A stretch of 64,000 nucleotides of DNA from an uncultured Actinomycetota bacterium (GTDB lineage: Bacteria; Actinomycetota; Actinomycetes; CAVWCF01): positions 32,001 to 96,000 of the forward strand of contig CAVWCF010000002.1 of assembly GCA_963753435.1 (NCBI GenBank). The letters are read 5' to 3'. Below are positions 11,729 through 23,863 of this stretch, in pieces; the first letter of the stretch is position 1, and every line of letters starts with the position of its first letter. The translations under genes and the position numbers were made by a program. The notes below the pieces were generated by a model, which was given only the letters and a program-made list of their open reading frames with translations, was not told the origin of the DNA and did no database searches.

Positions 11729-12346
11729 TTATGGCGACTGACTCAATGCCAGAGCGCACCAGTCTTCATCCAGGATCGGACTGAATTGGGCCCACTTGAT
11801 TTCCTCTGCGTAGTCGACCGGCACCCCGCCAGGCTGGTAATCGCCGAGCGTGTCGAACACCAGCGCGCCGTCAAGCTGTGCAACCCCCCGGTACCTGCTT
11901 CCGTCCGCGAGCGTGAGCGTGACCTGGAAATTGTCGCGCGCCTTGAACTCGTAGACCGGCCCCACGATCGGATCACCATCGATGTTGGTGCTACCGGGTG
12001 GTAGGTCGACCAGGGTTGCGCTCGTCTCCCGGAAGCTTCCGGAGAACTTCACCGTCATCAGGTGGTTGTCACTGTTGTCAGTCCAGGTCTCAGTGATGCG
12101 ATACGTGTCCATCGCGAGGAAGGCCTGACCATCACTTCCGCGCACGTTCTTTGCGGCGCCGACGCCATTTCCTTCTGCGTTGATTTGGACCTGGTCGTCA
12201 CACTCCGGGAAAGAGAACTCGAACGAGTATCGCTGCGGCTTGTCAAAGAAGGCGCCGGCCGCGCTTGCGGGTGCGGCGTTGATGCTGATGAACGCAAGAC
12301 TGCAAAGGCTGATCACTATCAGGCGTGTTTTGTGCTTGCGATGCAT
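11729..12346 (-). CDS. Secreted hypothetical protein
   Basis: Basic N-terminus, hydrophobic core, APASA cleavage site; two Cys in the mature part; GGGGG RBS-like. Confidence 0.7.
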   Translation of the reverse strand: MHRKHKTRLIVISLCSLAFISINAAPASAAGAFFDKPQRYSFEFSFPECDDQVQINAEGNGVGAAKNVRGSDGQAFLAMDTYRITETWTDNSDNHLMTVKFSGSFRETSATLVDLPPGSTNIDGDPIVGPVYEFKARDNFQVTLTLADGSRYRGVAQLDGALVFDTLGDYQPGGVPVDYAEEIKWAQFSPILDEDWCALALSQSP

Positions 12347-12591
12347 GCGTAACCCCCAATGGGTTCAAGGCGCGCAGCGCACGCGCTCACGCGCCACCGA
12401 AGGCAAGCCGCCTATTCGCTTCGCACGCGGTGATCGTCCACACGAGTATTAGCGCCCAAGAGTCTGGTGGTCAGCTTTGGCGCGCGTTGCCTGCTGGGAC
12501 TGTCGCAGAGTTTCGTGGTGATGGTTCCCCGAATTGCGGAACTCTTCGTAGGCTTGTGACGAGGTTCAACCCGTGGGGCAGGAGTTGCCGT

Positions 12592-13798
12592 TCAGGGCGC
12601 TTGTCGGGCGCTCTCGATGCGTCCGGCCACCTCAGCCAACGTCAGGGCCCACCGTTCGGCCGCAGCCGCGCGGCCGCTGATTCGCACCTCATCGCCGTCT
12701 TCGAGGAAGCCCAGGAGCCGCCCGTCGCCCAGCGGCACGGGTTCGGTGCCACCGGCGGTCAGTTCAAGCAAGCTGCCCACTTGGCTGCGTTCCGGCCCGC
12801 TGACGGTTCCGGACGCGTACAGGTCGCCGGTGCGCAGCGAGGCTCCGTTGGAGGTCATGTGGGCCAGTTGCTGCCCGGGGGAGTAGTAGGTCGAGGCGAA
12901 CGGTGGTCGGGACACCACCGTGCCGTTTACCGCCAGTTCCAGATCCAGTGCCAGCGTCCACGGGTCCGGATCGTGCAGGTACGGCAGTAAGCGGTTCCTG
13001 CTTCGGTCCCGGGGTTCGCGCCGATTCAAGGGCGGCCAAAGGGGTTATCCAACACCCGACGCTGGTGGCGAAGGACTTGCCGAGGAAGGGGCCGAGCGGC
13101 TGGTACTCCCACGCTTGCAGATCGCGGGCGGACCAGTCGTTGACGAGCACGACGCCGTAGACGTGCCGGGTGAATGCCTCCGCCGTTACCGGTCGACCCC
13201 AGGGGCTAGGGACCCCGACGACGAAGCCGACCTCTACCTCGACGTCGAGACGCTCACTTGGGCCGAACCCCGGACCCGCCGATCCCGAGGGGCGGGTTTG
13301 TCCGTTGGGCCGCCCGATCGGTGTCCCCGAGGCAACGACCGTGCCGGAGCGGCCGTGGTAGCCGATCGGCAGGTGCTTCCAGTTCGGAGGCAGGGCGGGG
13401 GAGTCGGGACGGAACAGTCGGCCCACGTTCATCGCATGGTGTTCGGAGGAGTAGAAGTCCACGTAGTCGGCCACCTCGAACGGAAGCAGCACCTTGACGT
13501 CGCGCATCGGCGTGGTCAGCGTGATCGCATCCGCGTCGGACGCCAGCAGTTCCTGAACGCTGTGGCGGAGGTCGGACCACACCTGCGGCCCCGCCGCCAA
13601 CAGTGGGGATGTGGTGTCGGCCTGAAGCAACTCCGCGGGCACCGCCGCAAGCCGGTCCGCGGCCGCAGCCAGGGGCAGCACTCGATCTCCGACGCGTACC
13701 GCCGGCTGGGTGCGTCCGGCCGCCTCCACTCGACCCAGTGGCAGATGGTCGAGGCCGAAACCCGATTCCGACGCGGTCTGCATCCAGGTGGTGTTCAC
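12592..13798 (-). CDS. fahA: Fumarylacetoacetase, split by one frameshift near 12991
   Basis: DYVDFYSSEHHA, PIGYHGR, NDWSARDLQ.WE..PLGPFLGKSF; C-terminal GDLYASGTVSG...GSLLEL lies in another frame. Confidence 0.9.
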
Positions 13799-13799
13799 G

Positions 13800-14642
13800 T
13801 CAGCCCTCCGGGCTGAGTAGGCCGGCCGTGACCAGGTGATCGATCGGGTCGGTGACGCCGCAGCAGCCGAACGAAGTGAACAGCGCGCGGACTTGGGCGG
13901 CGGGTGCTGCGGACAGCAGCGGAACCACCTCGTCGAGATTGCGCCGGGCCAGTACGTCGGCCAGGTCGGCGGCTCCGGCACCGGCCAGGGCCGCTGCCAC
14001 CGCTGCCAGGACGTTCAAGAACCCGTGCTGTTCCAGTCCCGCTTCGGTTCTGACGCGGATCGGGTGGTGCAGCCCGGCGGTGAGTTTGAAGGGCAGCCGG
14101 CGCGCAACTGCGGCATGCAGAAACGCGGCCAGTTCCGCCTCGCTGGGATGCGCGTCCGGCGTCTCGCCGCCAGCGCGGAACTTGGCACGCTCCACGCCAT
14201 CAGCTGCCAGCACGTCCAACGCCGGGATGAATCCGGTTCGGGGCACCTCGATCGCCGCCGGCACGCTGAAGGCCAACTGGTCCAGTAGCACGCGGGTGGC
14301 TTGTTCGGGGTCCTCGCCGGGCGGCAGGGCGACCTCGATACCCACCAGGCCGAGCTGGTCCTCGCGGTCCAGCAGTCGGTTGCGTGCCTCGGCCAGCTCG
14401 ACGAGCCCGCCGTCGGCGACGAGCGCGACGGCCACACCCGCCTGACTGTCAGCAACGGCCAACGCCTCCTCGACAGTGGAGGCACGCAGCAGCAGCGGTC
14501 CGATGAGGTCGCCGTACCAGGAATCCCGGTGCAGCCGGTGCTCGGCCAGTGCGGTCGCCACGGCCGCGTTGCCAGGCGGGAAGACCGCCGCATCGTCGAA
14601 CAGGCCGGTGACCAAGGCGCGAATGCCCGGGTCGGTTGACAC
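13800..14642 (-). CDS. Uncharacterised protein coupled to fahA
   Basis: DDAAVFPPG, KFRAGG, FKLTAGLHH, HGFLN, SFGCC motifs; stop 1 nt before fahA start; TAGCGT 7 nt before GTG. Confidence 0.85.
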   Translation of the reverse strand: MSTDPGIRALVTGLFDDAAVFPPGNAAVATALAEHRLHRDSWYGDLIGPLLLRASTVEEALAVADSQAGVAVALVADGGLVELAEARNRLLDREDQLGLVGIEVALPPGEDPEQATRVLLDQLAFSVPAAIEVPRTGFIPALDVLAADGVERAKFRAGGETPDAHPSEAELAAFLHAAVARRLPFKLTAGLHHPIRVRTEAGLEQHGFLNVLAAVAAALAGAGAADLADVLARRNLDEVVPLLSAAPAAQVRALFTSFGCCGVTDPIDHLVTAGLLSPEG

Positions 14643-14702
14643 GAGACCGACGCTATCCGACAGTGGTCCCGACCGGACCTGGCACCCGAATAACGGACGG
14701 AC

Positions 14703-15884
14703 ATGGCTCACTATCGGCAAGTCGGCGAGATACCCGCCAAGCGGCACACCCAGTTCCGCGACCCGGCGGGGGCGCTGTACGCGGAGGAGTTGATGGGCGA
14801 GGAGGGCTTCTCCTCCGACTCCGCGCTGCTGTACCACCGGCACAACCCGTCGGCGGTTACGGAATCCCGGGTGTGGCAATTGCCGGACCAGACCCTGACG
14901 GCCAACCATCCGCTGCTGCCGCGGCACCACCGGCTGCATGATCTCTTCGATGTGGCCCAGGCCGAGAGTCTGGACGCCGTGACTGCCCGGCGCCTAGTCC
15001 TGGGAAACGCCGACGTGCGCTTGTCCTACGTCGTGGCGGGGGAGCCCTCGCCGCTGTACCGCAACGCCACCGGCGACGAATGCGTATTCGTCGAGAGCGG
15101 CGCGGGCCGAGTCGAAACCGTCTTCGGCTCCTTGCCTTATCGAGCGGGCGACTACGTGCTCATCCCGCGGGCGACAGTTCATCGATGGGTGCCCGACGGT
15201 CTGCTGCGCGCGTACGCGATCGAGGCCAACAGCCACATAGTCCCGCCGCGGCGGTACCTGAGCCGCTTCGGACAGTTCCTGGAAGCCAGTCCCTACTGCG
15301 AGCGCGATCTACACGGCCCGGCCGAGCCGCTATTGCTCGACACGGGGGAAGCGGAGATCTACACAAAGCACCGTGGCCCCGGACCGGGTGGCCTTGTCGG
15401 CTCGATCGTCACGGTGCCACGACATCCCTTCGACGTGGTGGGGTGGGATGGCTGCCTGTACCCGTACACATTCAACGTGGCCGACTTTGAACCGCTGACC
15501 GGGCGCATCCATCAACCACCCCCGGTGCACCAGGTATTCGAGGGCAACAACTTCGTCGTGTGCAACTTCGTCCCGCGCAAGGTGGACTACCACCCGCTCG
15601 CCATCCCGGTGCCGTACTTCCACTCCAACGTCGACTCCGATGAGGTCATGTTCTACGTGGCGGGCGACTACGAAGCGCGAAAGGGTTCGGGCATAGGGCA
15701 CGGCTCGATCACGCTGCACCCGGGCGGGCACACGCACGGGCCGCAGCCAGGCGCCGTGGAGCGTTCGATCGGAGCGGAGTACTTCGACGAGTTGGCGGTG
15801 ATGGTGGACACCTTCAGGCCACTGGAACTCGGTGAAGGGGGCCTCGCCAGCGACGACGGCGTGTACGCGCGTAGCTGGAGTTGA
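14703..15884 (+). CDS. hmgA: Homogentisate 1,2-dioxygenase
   Basis: DVVGWDG, HQPPPVH, PYFHSNVDSDE, HTHGPQPG, ELAVMVDT. Confidence 0.95.
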   Translation: MAHYRQVGEIPAKRHTQFRDPAGALYAEELMGEEGFSSDSALLYHRHNPSAVTESRVWQLPDQTLTANHPLLPRHHRLHDLFDVAQAESLDAVTARRLVLGNADVRLSYVVAGEPSPLYRNATGDECVFVESGAGRVETVFGSLPYRAGDYVLIPRATVHRWVPDGLLRAYAIEANSHIVPPRRYLSRFGQFLEASPYCERDLHGPAEPLLLDTGEAEIYTKHRGPGPGGLVGSIVTVPRHPFDVVGWDGCLYPYTFNVADFEPLTGRIHQPPPVHQVFEGNNFVVCNFVPRKVDYHPLAIPVPYFHSNVDSDEVMFYVAGDYEARKGSGIGHGSITLHPGGHTHGPQPGAVERSIGAEYFDELAVMVDTFRPLELGEGGLASDDGVYARSWS

Positions 15885-15888
15885 GCTG

Positions 15889-17628
15889 TCAGGTCGCCGG
15901 CTGCAGTGACTCCGGGTACAGGTCGAACCACCGCAGGTGCTCGAAGTCCGGGCTGAGCCCGTCGATGGGTGCGTCATCAGCATGCGGCGCAGGCCGGGAG
16001 TTGACGCGTTCGTGCAGCAATGCGTGCGCGGTATCCAGGTAGTCGGCCAGCGCCGACTCCGGGGCTGAGACCCGGGTGTGCGGATACGTGAGAATCCCGT
16101 TCTCGTCGTAGCGCAGCATGCTCAAGCGCAGCGGCGGCTCAACGGGACCGCGGCGATGCCGCCACAGGCCCGTCTCGGTGTCGAAGCAGTAGTCGTCCAT
16201 CAGCGCCCAGCCGTGATCGGCCACCACGGCCACCGCCTTGACGATGTACTCGAACACCGCTTCGGACAGGAAGTAGTTGAAGTTGACGCGTACCCATCCG
16301 GGCTTGATGCCTTCGCAGCCGGTGGCGATTTCGCGCTCGAACTCGTGACTGCGTTCGATGTCGATCCCGAGCAGTCGGTGCCCGTAGGGACCGGCGCATG
16401 AGCAGCCGCCCCGAGATTGGATCCCGAACAGGTCGTTGAGCAAGGCGACCACGAGGTTGTGATGCAGGTATCGACCCGACGGGCTGCGAACGACGAACGA
16501 GACAATGGACAACCGTTCGGCTTCGGTGTTGCCGAGGACCTCTATGTGCGGGTGCTCACTCCACGCCGCGATCGCGCGCCTGAGGAAGTCCTCCTCGTGG
16601 GCCCTGATCACCTCGGTGCCAACCGCCTGCTTCAACCCGAAGATCAGCCCGGCGCGGATGGATTCGACGATGGCCGGCGTACCGGCCTCCTCCCGGGCCT
16701 CGACGTCAGCCAGGTAGAGGTGGTCGTCGGGATTCACGTATGCGACCGTGCCGCCGCCGACCACGGCCGGCACCCGGTTGTGCAGCATGGATTTGCGCAC
16801 GATCAGCACTCCGGGGGTCCCGGGCCCACCGATGAACTTGTGCGGGCTCAGGACGATGGCGTCCTTGCCGGCCGCGGCGCGTCCGTCCCGGGAGTTGAAC
16901 TCGATGTCGACGTACGGGGCGGCGGCGGCGAAGTCCCAGAAGGCCAGCGCGCCGTGTTCGTGCAGCAACTCGGTGATGCCGTGGGTGTCGGTGACGATGC
17001 CGGTCACATTGCTTGCCGCCGAGAACGAACCAATGAGCAGGGGGCGGTCCGCATGCCGAATCAGTTCGGATCGCAGGTGGTCGCAGTCGATATGCCCGTC
17101 GGCGTCCTCGTGGATGGTCACCACGTCCGCGATCGACTCCCGCCACGGCAACTCGTTGCTGTGGTGTTCATAGGGGCCGATGAAGACCACCGGCCTCTCC
17201 CCGGGAGGAATCTGCTCAAGCAGGTGGTACCGGCTGTCCAAGTCGGCGGGGATCCGTAGGTTCAAGATGGCGATCAGTCGATCGATGGCGCCTGTGGTCC
17301 CGGAGCCGCAGAAGATCACGGCGGTGTCCTCGTCGCCGTTCACGGCGTCGTGAATCAGGCTGCGGGCGTCCTCGCGCAACCTCGTGGTCTGTAGCCCGGT
17401 CCCGGAGGACTCGGTGTGCGTGTTGGCGTACCGCGGCAACACCTCGTCGCGGATGAAGTCCTCGATGAACGTCAGTGCGCGACCGGACGCCGTGTAGTCG
17501 GCGTAGGTGATGCGGCGGGGCCCATAGGGCCCATCCATCACCTGATCATCGCCGATCACCGACTCGCGAACCCGGGCCAACAGCGGACTCGGCGGCAGCG
17601 TCGGGTCCGGCGGCGGGATCGACGTCAC
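15889..17628 (-). CDS. Class V PLP-dependent aminotransferase/cysteine desulfurase-like protein
   Basis: YADYTASG, EHHSN, AASNVTG, SPHKF (PLP Lys), RGGCSCAGPY. Confidence 0.9.
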   Translation of the reverse strand: MTSIPPPDPTLPPSPLLARVRESVIGDDQVMDGPYGPRRITYADYTASGRALTFIEDFIRDEVLPRYANTHTESSGTGLQTTRLREDARSLIHDAVNGDEDTAVIFCGSGTTGAIDRLIAILNLRIPADLDSRYHLLEQIPPGERPVVFIGPYEHHSNELPWRESIADVVTIHEDADGHIDCDHLRSELIRHADRPLLIGSFSAASNVTGIVTDTHGITELLHEHGALAFWDFAAAAPYVDIEFNSRDGRAAAGKDAIVLSPHKFIGGPGTPGVLIVRKSMLHNRVPAVVGGGTVAYVNPDDHLYLADVEAREEAGTPAIVESIRAGLIFGLKQAVGTEVIRAHEEDFLRRAIAAWSEHPHIEVLGNTEAERLSIVSFVVRSPSGRYLHHNLVVALLNDLFGIQSRGGCSCAGPYGHRLLGIDIERSHEFEREIATGCEGIKPGWVRVNFNYFLSEAVFEYIVKAVAVVADHGWALMDDYCFDTETGLWRHRRGPVEPPLRLSMLRYDENGILTYPHTRVSAPESALADYLDTAHALLHERVNSRPAPHADDAPIDGLSPDFEHLRWFDLYPESLQPAT

Positions 17629-17683
17629 CGCTTCAGCGTACGCGCGGGCCCGATGGGCTAGGGGGCCGTGACACGATGAGCCT

Positions 17684-17974
17684 GTGACGACAGCGCCGGT
17701 CGAGTTGGAGCGCCCCGAGGAGGATCTGCTCACCCAGCGACCGTGGCGGACGATCGTCTGGGACGACCCCATCAACCTAATGAGTTACGTCACCTGGGTC
17801 TTCCAGCGCCACTTCGGGTATCCGCGAGAGAAGGCCCACCGCCTCATGCTGGACGTGCACGAGCTCGGCAAGGCCGTGGTCAGCACCGGGTCGCGCGAAG
17901 ACATGGAACGGGACGTTTCCGCCATGCACGGGTACGGCCTGTGGGCCACGCTGAGCCAGGACAGTGACGGCTGA
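17684..17974 (+). CDS. clpS: ATP-dependent Clp protease adaptor
   Basis: [28 protein letters not shown]. Confidence 0.95.
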   Translation: MTTAPVELERPEEDLLTQRPWRTIVWDDPINLMSYVTWVFQRHFGYPREKAHRLMLDVHELGKAVVSTGSREDMERDVSAMHGYGLWATLSQDSDG

Positions 17975-18456
17975 TGGGATTCGCGCCCGGTGGTCCGGAT
18001 TCGGTGCTGTTGCACCTGACCGAGGACGAGCAGCAGATCCTCACCAGCCTGCTGTACTCGGTGCTGGAAACGCTGGCCGAACCGGAGGACCCCGACGGTG
18101 CTGCCCTGCGACAGCGGTGGTTCCCGGAGGCCTATCCCGATGACGCTGAGGCCGCCGAGCGGTTCCGGGCAAAGGCCGAAGCCGACCTGATGCAGGGCAA
18201 ACGCGCGCACGCCGCCGCGTGCCTGGCCACGTTGGACGCCGCAGCCGATGACGGCACCCGGGTCCTGGGCCTCGACGATGCGACCGCGTGGGCGCTGGCG
18301 CTGAACGACATCCGCCTGGCTTTAGGTACTCGGTTGGGGGTCGGCGCCGACGACGATCCGCAGTCTCCGCCTGCCGATGACGAGCGCGCCCCGGCTCTGG
18401 ACCTGTATGACTGGCTGACCTGGATGCAGGAGACCCTGGTCAGATCGTTGCCCTGA
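17974..18456 (+). CDS. DUF2017 family protein
   Basis: FPEAYPDD, ALNDIRLALGTRL, YDWLTWMQE; usual position after clpS. Confidence 0.85.
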   Translation: MGFAPGGPDSVLLHLTEDEQQILTSLLYSVLETLAEPEDPDGAALRQRWFPEAYPDDAEAAERFRAKAEADLMQGKRAHAAACLATLDAAADDGTRVLGLDDATAWALALNDIRLALGTRLGVGADDDPQSPPADDERAPALDLYDWLTWMQETLVRSLP

Positions 18457-18475
18457 GCCGCCGTAGCCTTGCGCG

Positions 18476-18913
18476 GTGCTTGTGATCGACGAGGCAACGC
18501 GGGACGCCATCGTGGCGCATGCCCGTCGAGACCACCCTGACGAGGCTTGCGGCGTGGTCGCCGGCAGTATCGGAAGTGACCGGCCCACCCGGTTCATCCC
18601 CATGGTTAACGCGGCCCGCTCGCCGACCTTCTACGAGTTCGACTCCGCCGACTTGCTGGCGCTCTACCGGGACATGGACGCCCGCGACGAAGAGCCCGTG
18701 GTGATCTATCACTCGCACACCGCCACCGAGGCGTACCCGTCCCGGACTGACATCTCCTACGCCAGCGAACCGAACGCGCACTACGTGGTCGTCTCCACCG
18801 CCGAATGCGGCAACGATGAGGGTCCTTACGAGTTCCGCTCGTTCCGCATCGTGGACGGAGCGGTTGCCGAGGAAGAAGTGCGGGTCGTTTCCGCGTTGGA
18901 CCAAGCACAGTGA
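18476..18913 (+). CDS. mec: JAMM/MPN metalloprotease (CysO-cysteine peptidase)
   Basis: PDEACG, YHSHTATEAYPSRTD. Confidence 0.9.
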   Translation: MLVIDEATRDAIVAHARRDHPDEACGVVAGSIGSDRPTRFIPMVNAARSPTFYEFDSADLLALYRDMDARDEEPVVIYHSHTATEAYPSRTDISYASEPNAHYVVVSTAECGNDEGPYEFRSFRIVDGAVAEEEVRVVSALDQAQ

Positions 18914-18929
18914 ACTCAGAAGGGCCCCG

Positions 18930-20152
<1,223 letters not shown>

Positions 20153-20179
20153 GGCCGCTCGACAGCGAGCTGAGCGACC

Positions 20180-20995
20180 GTGTCTGACGCGCCCATCGGC
20201 ATCTTCGACAGCGGGGTAGGCGGGCTCACCGTGGCCCGGGCCGTGCTGGATCAGTTGCCCAACGAGTCGGTCCTGTACGTCGGCGACACCGCGCGGGGGC
20301 CGTACGGGCCGCGGCCGATCGCGCAGGTGCGGGCCTTTGCGCTGGAAGTCATGGACCACCTGGTTGACCGCGGCGTGAAAGCGCTCGTCATCGCGTGCAA
20401 CTCGGCAAGCGCGGCGGTGCTACGGGACGCGCGGGAGCGCTACGACGTGCCAGTGGTGGAGGTAATCCAGCCGGCGGCACGGCGGGCGGCCCAGGCCACT
20501 CGAAACGGCAAAGTCGGCGTGATCGGAACCCATGCCACCGTGACCAGCGGTGCGTACGAAGACGCCTTCGCCGCAGCCCCGCAGCTGGAGGTCTCCAGCA
20601 AGGCCTGCCCCCGCTTCGTTGAGTTCGTCGAGTCCGGCGTCACCTCCGGGCCGGAACTGCTGGCGGTCGCGCACGAATATCTGGACCCCCTAATTCAGGA
20701 GCAGATCGACACCTTGGTCCTGGGCTGCACGCACTACCCGTTGCTGACCGGCGTCATCTCGTACGTGGCTGGAGACGGCGTCACCCTGGTCAGCAGTGCC
20801 GAGGAGACGGCGAAGGACTTGTACCGGGTCCTCGTCTCGCGCGACCTGCTGCGCGCTGGCGGGCCACCGCCGGTGCACCGATTCGTCGCGACTGGAGACC
20901 CAGCGCCGTTCGCCGAGTTGTCGCAGCGATTCCTCGGCCCGGAAGCGGTGTCCGCAACCACCGAACCGGGCCTTCTCGACGAGGTGAACGCGTGA
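20180..20995 (+). CDS. murI: Glutamate racemase
   Basis: [23 protein letters not shown]. Confidence 0.97.
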   Translation: MSDAPIGIFDSGVGGLTVARAVLDQLPNESVLYVGDTARGPYGPRPIAQVRAFALEVMDHLVDRGVKALVIACNSASAAVLRDARERYDVPVVEVIQPAARRAAQATRNGKVGVIGTHATVTSGAYEDAFAAAPQLEVSSKACPRFVEFVESGVTSGPELLAVAHEYLDPLIQEQIDTLVLGCTHYPLLTGVISYVAGDGVTLVSSAEETAKDLYRVLVSRDLLRAGGPPPVHRFVATGDPAPFAELSQRFLGPEAVSATTEPGLLDEVNA

Positions 20996-21738
20996 AGTTG
21001 ACGACCGTAGGAGTCAGCGGTTCCGTACCCGGCCCGGATTCGCCGGGTTCCTGCTACCTGGTGCAGGCCGACGGCTTCAGCCTCGTCATGGATCTGGGCA
21101 ATGGCGCTTGGGGCCCGCTGCAGCGTGTGATCGCACCGGATCAGATCGACGCCCTGCTGCTGAGCCACCTGCACGCCGATCACTGCGCCGACATCTCCGC
21201 GCTGGCGGTGCACCTTCGCTACGGGTTGGGGCAGCCTCCTGCTGCCGCCCTCCCGGTGTGGGCGCCGGCGGGAGCCGGGCCCCGTTTGGCGGCTATCTCC
21301 GGGGACACCGCCGATCACCTTCGCGGCGTTCTGGAGGTAACGGAGATGAGCGAGGGGACGCACACGCTGGGTCCGTTGAGTCTCACCCTGACCCGGGTGG
21401 CGCATCCGGTGCCGGCGTTCGGTGTGCGGATCGAGCACGCCGGCGGGGTGCTCGTGTACACCGGCGACAGCGGGCCCTGCCGGGCGCTGGAGGAGTTGGC
21501 GGTCGGTGCGGACGTGCTGCTGGCCGAAGCTGGTCTTGCGGTACAGCCGGGCAACCCGCCCGATCTGCACCTGACCGGCGCCGACGCCGGCCGTCTGGCC
21601 GCAGAAGCCGGGGTGCGGCATCTCGTGCTCACGCACATACCGCCGTGGAACAGCGTGGCGGAGGCCCGGCAGGAGGCCGCGCGCGCGTACGAGGGGCAGA
21701 TCACCGTCGCCACTAGCGGCTGGTCGCTAGAGATCTGA
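20992..21738 (+). CDS. MBL-fold metallohydrolase (RNase Z-like/Rv1339-type)
   Basis: [20 protein letters not shown]; usual murI-rph position. Confidence 0.88.
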   Translation: MKLTTVGVSGSVPGPDSPGSCYLVQADGFSLVMDLGNGAWGPLQRVIAPDQIDALLLSHLHADHCADISALAVHLRYGLGQPPAAALPVWAPAGAGPRLAAISGDTADHLRGVLEVTEMSEGTHTLGPLSLTLTRVAHPVPAFGVRIEHAGGVLVYTGDSGPCRALEELAVGADVLLAEAGLAVQPGNPPDLHLTGADAGRLAAEAGVRHLVLTHIPPWNSVAEARQEAARAYEGQITVATSGWSLEI

Positions 21739-21781
21739 CGTTGGCCGAGTCGCTGTGCTGGCTCGCCTAGGCTCCCGCCCC

Positions 21782-22528
21782 ATGACCCGCAGCGATGGCC
21801 GAGCCGACGATCAACTCCGACCGATCCGCTTTGAGCGCGGCTGGTTGGACCACGCCGAGGGATCCGTGCTGGTCGAGTTCGGCCGAACGCGAGTGCTGTG
21901 CGCTGCGTCGCTCACCGCGGGCGTGCCGAGATGGCGGCGGGACTCCGGGCAGGGGTGGGTCACCGCCGAGTACGCGATGCTGCCGCGTGCGACCAATACC
22001 CGTAGCGATCGCGAGTCGGTCCGTGGCCGCCTTGGGGGTCGGACTCAGGAGATCTCCCGGCTCATCGGTCGATCGCTGCGGGCATGCGTCGACTTCGACC
22101 TGCTGGGCGAGAACACCATCGTTTTGGACTGCGACGTCTTGCAGGCCGACGGCGGGACCCGAACGGCCGCCATCACCGGCGCCTATGTCGCGCTGGCGGA
22201 CGCGGTAGCGGTCGCGCGGGAGCGGGACTGGCTGCCCGGTCCGGCTTCGCCGCTGACCTCATCGGTGGCCGCGGTGAGCGTGGGCATCGTCAACGGTGCG
22301 CCGCGGTTGGACTTGCACTACGACGATGACATCGGCGCCGACACCGACATGAACGTGGTCATGACCGGGGACGGCCGCTTTGTCGAAGTCCAGGGGACCG
22401 CCGAGGGGGAGCCGTTCGAGCGTTCCTTGCTCGACGAGCTCTTGGCCCTCGCCGCCTCCGGTTGCGATCAGCTCACGCGGCTGCAGGCTGAGGCCCTCGC
22501 GCAGCCCTTGCCGAAGCGTGACGGCTGA
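21782..22528 (+). CDS. rph: Ribonuclease PH
   Basis: [42 protein letters not shown]. Confidence 0.97.
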   Translation: MTRSDGRADDQLRPIRFERGWLDHAEGSVLVEFGRTRVLCAASLTAGVPRWRRDSGQGWVTAEYAMLPRATNTRSDRESVRGRLGGRTQEISRLIGRSLRACVDFDLLGENTIVLDCDVLQADGGTRTAAITGAYVALADAVAVARERDWLPGPASPLTSSVAAVSVGIVNGAPRLDLHYDDDIGADTDMNVVMTGDGRFVEVQGTAEGEPFERSLLDELLALAASGCDQLTRLQAEALAQPLPKRDG

Positions 22529-22533
22529 CAGGC

Positions 22534-23151
22534 GTGATGACTGGTCCTCGATTGGTGCTGGCCACCCGCAACGAGCACAAGGTTGTCGAGCTGCAGCGCA
22601 TTCTCGCCGCAGCCCAACTTCCGGCGGAGGTGGTGGCGCTGGACTCCTTCAGCGACGTCCCGGAGGTCGCTGAGACCGCAACCACATTTGCGGACAACGC
22701 CTTGTTGAAGGCTCACGCGGTCGCTGCGGCTACTGGTCTTGTCGCGATTGCGGATGACTCCGGGCTCTGCGTGGACGTGCTCGGCGGCAGCCCTGGTGTG
22801 TTTTCGGCGCGGTGGTCGGGTCGACACGGCGACGATCGGGCCAACCTGGAACTGTTGCTGGCGCAACTTTCCGACGTACCGGATGCTGCCCGGACGGCGC
22901 ACTTCACTTGTGCCGCTGCCGTTGCCACGCCCGATGGGCGTGCGACATCCGTATTGGGGGAGTTGCACGGGGTGTTGACTCGGCAGCCTCGTGGCAGCAA
23001 CGGGTTCGGCTACGACCCAATCTTCGTTCCCGACGGTGACTCCCGCACGACCGCAGAGATGGACCCGGAGGACAAGGACGCGATCAGCCATCGGGGCCGG
23101 GCTTTCCGTGCGCTCGTCGAGCCGCTGAAAGCGATGCTGGAGCAGGCCTGA
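22534..23151 (+). CDS. rdgB: Non-canonical purine NTP pyrophosphatase
   Basis: ATRNEHK, ADDSGL, GFGYDPIF, SHRGRA. Confidence 0.95.
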   Translation: MMTGPRLVLATRNEHKVVELQRILAAAQLPAEVVALDSFSDVPEVAETATTFADNALLKAHAVAAATGLVAIADDSGLCVDVLGGSPGVFSARWSGRHGDDRANLELLLAQLSDVPDAARTAHFTCAAAVATPDGRATSVLGELHGVLTRQPRGSNGFGYDPIFVPDGDSRTTAEMDPEDKDAISHRGRAFRALVEPLKAMLEQA

Positions 23152-23161
23152 CCGCAGTCGG

Positions 23162-23247
23162 TGGTGCGGGAGGAGGGACTTGAACCCTCACGCCCAGTGG
23201 GCACAGGAACCTAAATCCTGCGCGTCTGCCAATTCCGCCACTCCCGC
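23162..23247 (-). tRNA. tRNA-Leu(TAG)
   Basis: GCGGGAGTGGCGGAATTGG...CAGGA-TT-TAG-GT-TCCTG, long variable arm, GTTCAAGTC, encoded CCA. Confidence 0.97.
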
Positions 23248-23291
23248 GCGCGGCAAAGAGTAGGCGCTGGCCCAGGTGTCCGCGCCCAGCG

Positions 23292-23777
23292 CTACAGCCC
23301 GAGGGCGGCTCGGACTTCGGCGACGTGACCGTCCGCGGCCACCGAGTACATGGCGTGCTCGAGCAGGCCGTCCGGTCCAACCACGAAGGTTGACCGCTGC
23401 ACTCCGGTGAAGGTGCGGTCGCCGAACGTCTTGGTGCCCCAGAGGCCGTAGGCGTCGATCAACTGGCGGTCCGGGTCGGACAGCAGCGGATAGGTCAGCC
23501 GGTGCTCGTCGGCGAACGCCTTGTTCTCAGCCGGCGAGTCCGGGGACACCCCGACCACGGCGACGCCGGCAGCCTGCAGCGACTCCAGGCTGTCGCGGAA
23601 GTCGCATGCCTCCAGCGTGCAACCGGGCGTGGCCGCCTTGGGATAGAAGAACAGCACCAATCGCTGGCCGGCGTAGTCGGCCGACGTGACGGTCGAGCCG
23701 TCGTGGCTGGTCAGGGAGAACTCCGGCGCTGGATCGCCGGTTCGCAACGTGATGGTTCCGAAGGTCAAGTCAGTCAC
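23292..23777 (-). CDS. bcp: Peroxiredoxin Bcp/PrxQ (copy 2)
   Basis: FYPKAATPGCTLEACDF, RSTF; start uncertain. Confidence 0.88.
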   Translation of the reverse strand: MTDLTFGTITLRTGDPAPEFSLTSHDGSTVTSADYAGQRLVLFFYPKAATPGCTLEACDFRDSLESLQAAGVAVVGVSPDSPAENKAFADEHRLTYPLLSDPDRQLIDAYGLWGTKTFGDRTFTGVQRSTFVVGPDGLLEHAMYSVAADGHVAEVRAALGL

Positions 23778-23863
23778 GGCGAGGACCGTATGCGGGCGCA
23801 AATGAACGTGCATCTTGGGGTGGTCGGCAGGGGTGGGAAGAGTGCCGGAGATGGGATGCGGCA

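Noticed and set aside
12347-12590. Long upstream region examined for a riboswitch
   Set aside because: No conserved riboswitch motif recognised by eye; a covariance-model search would be needed
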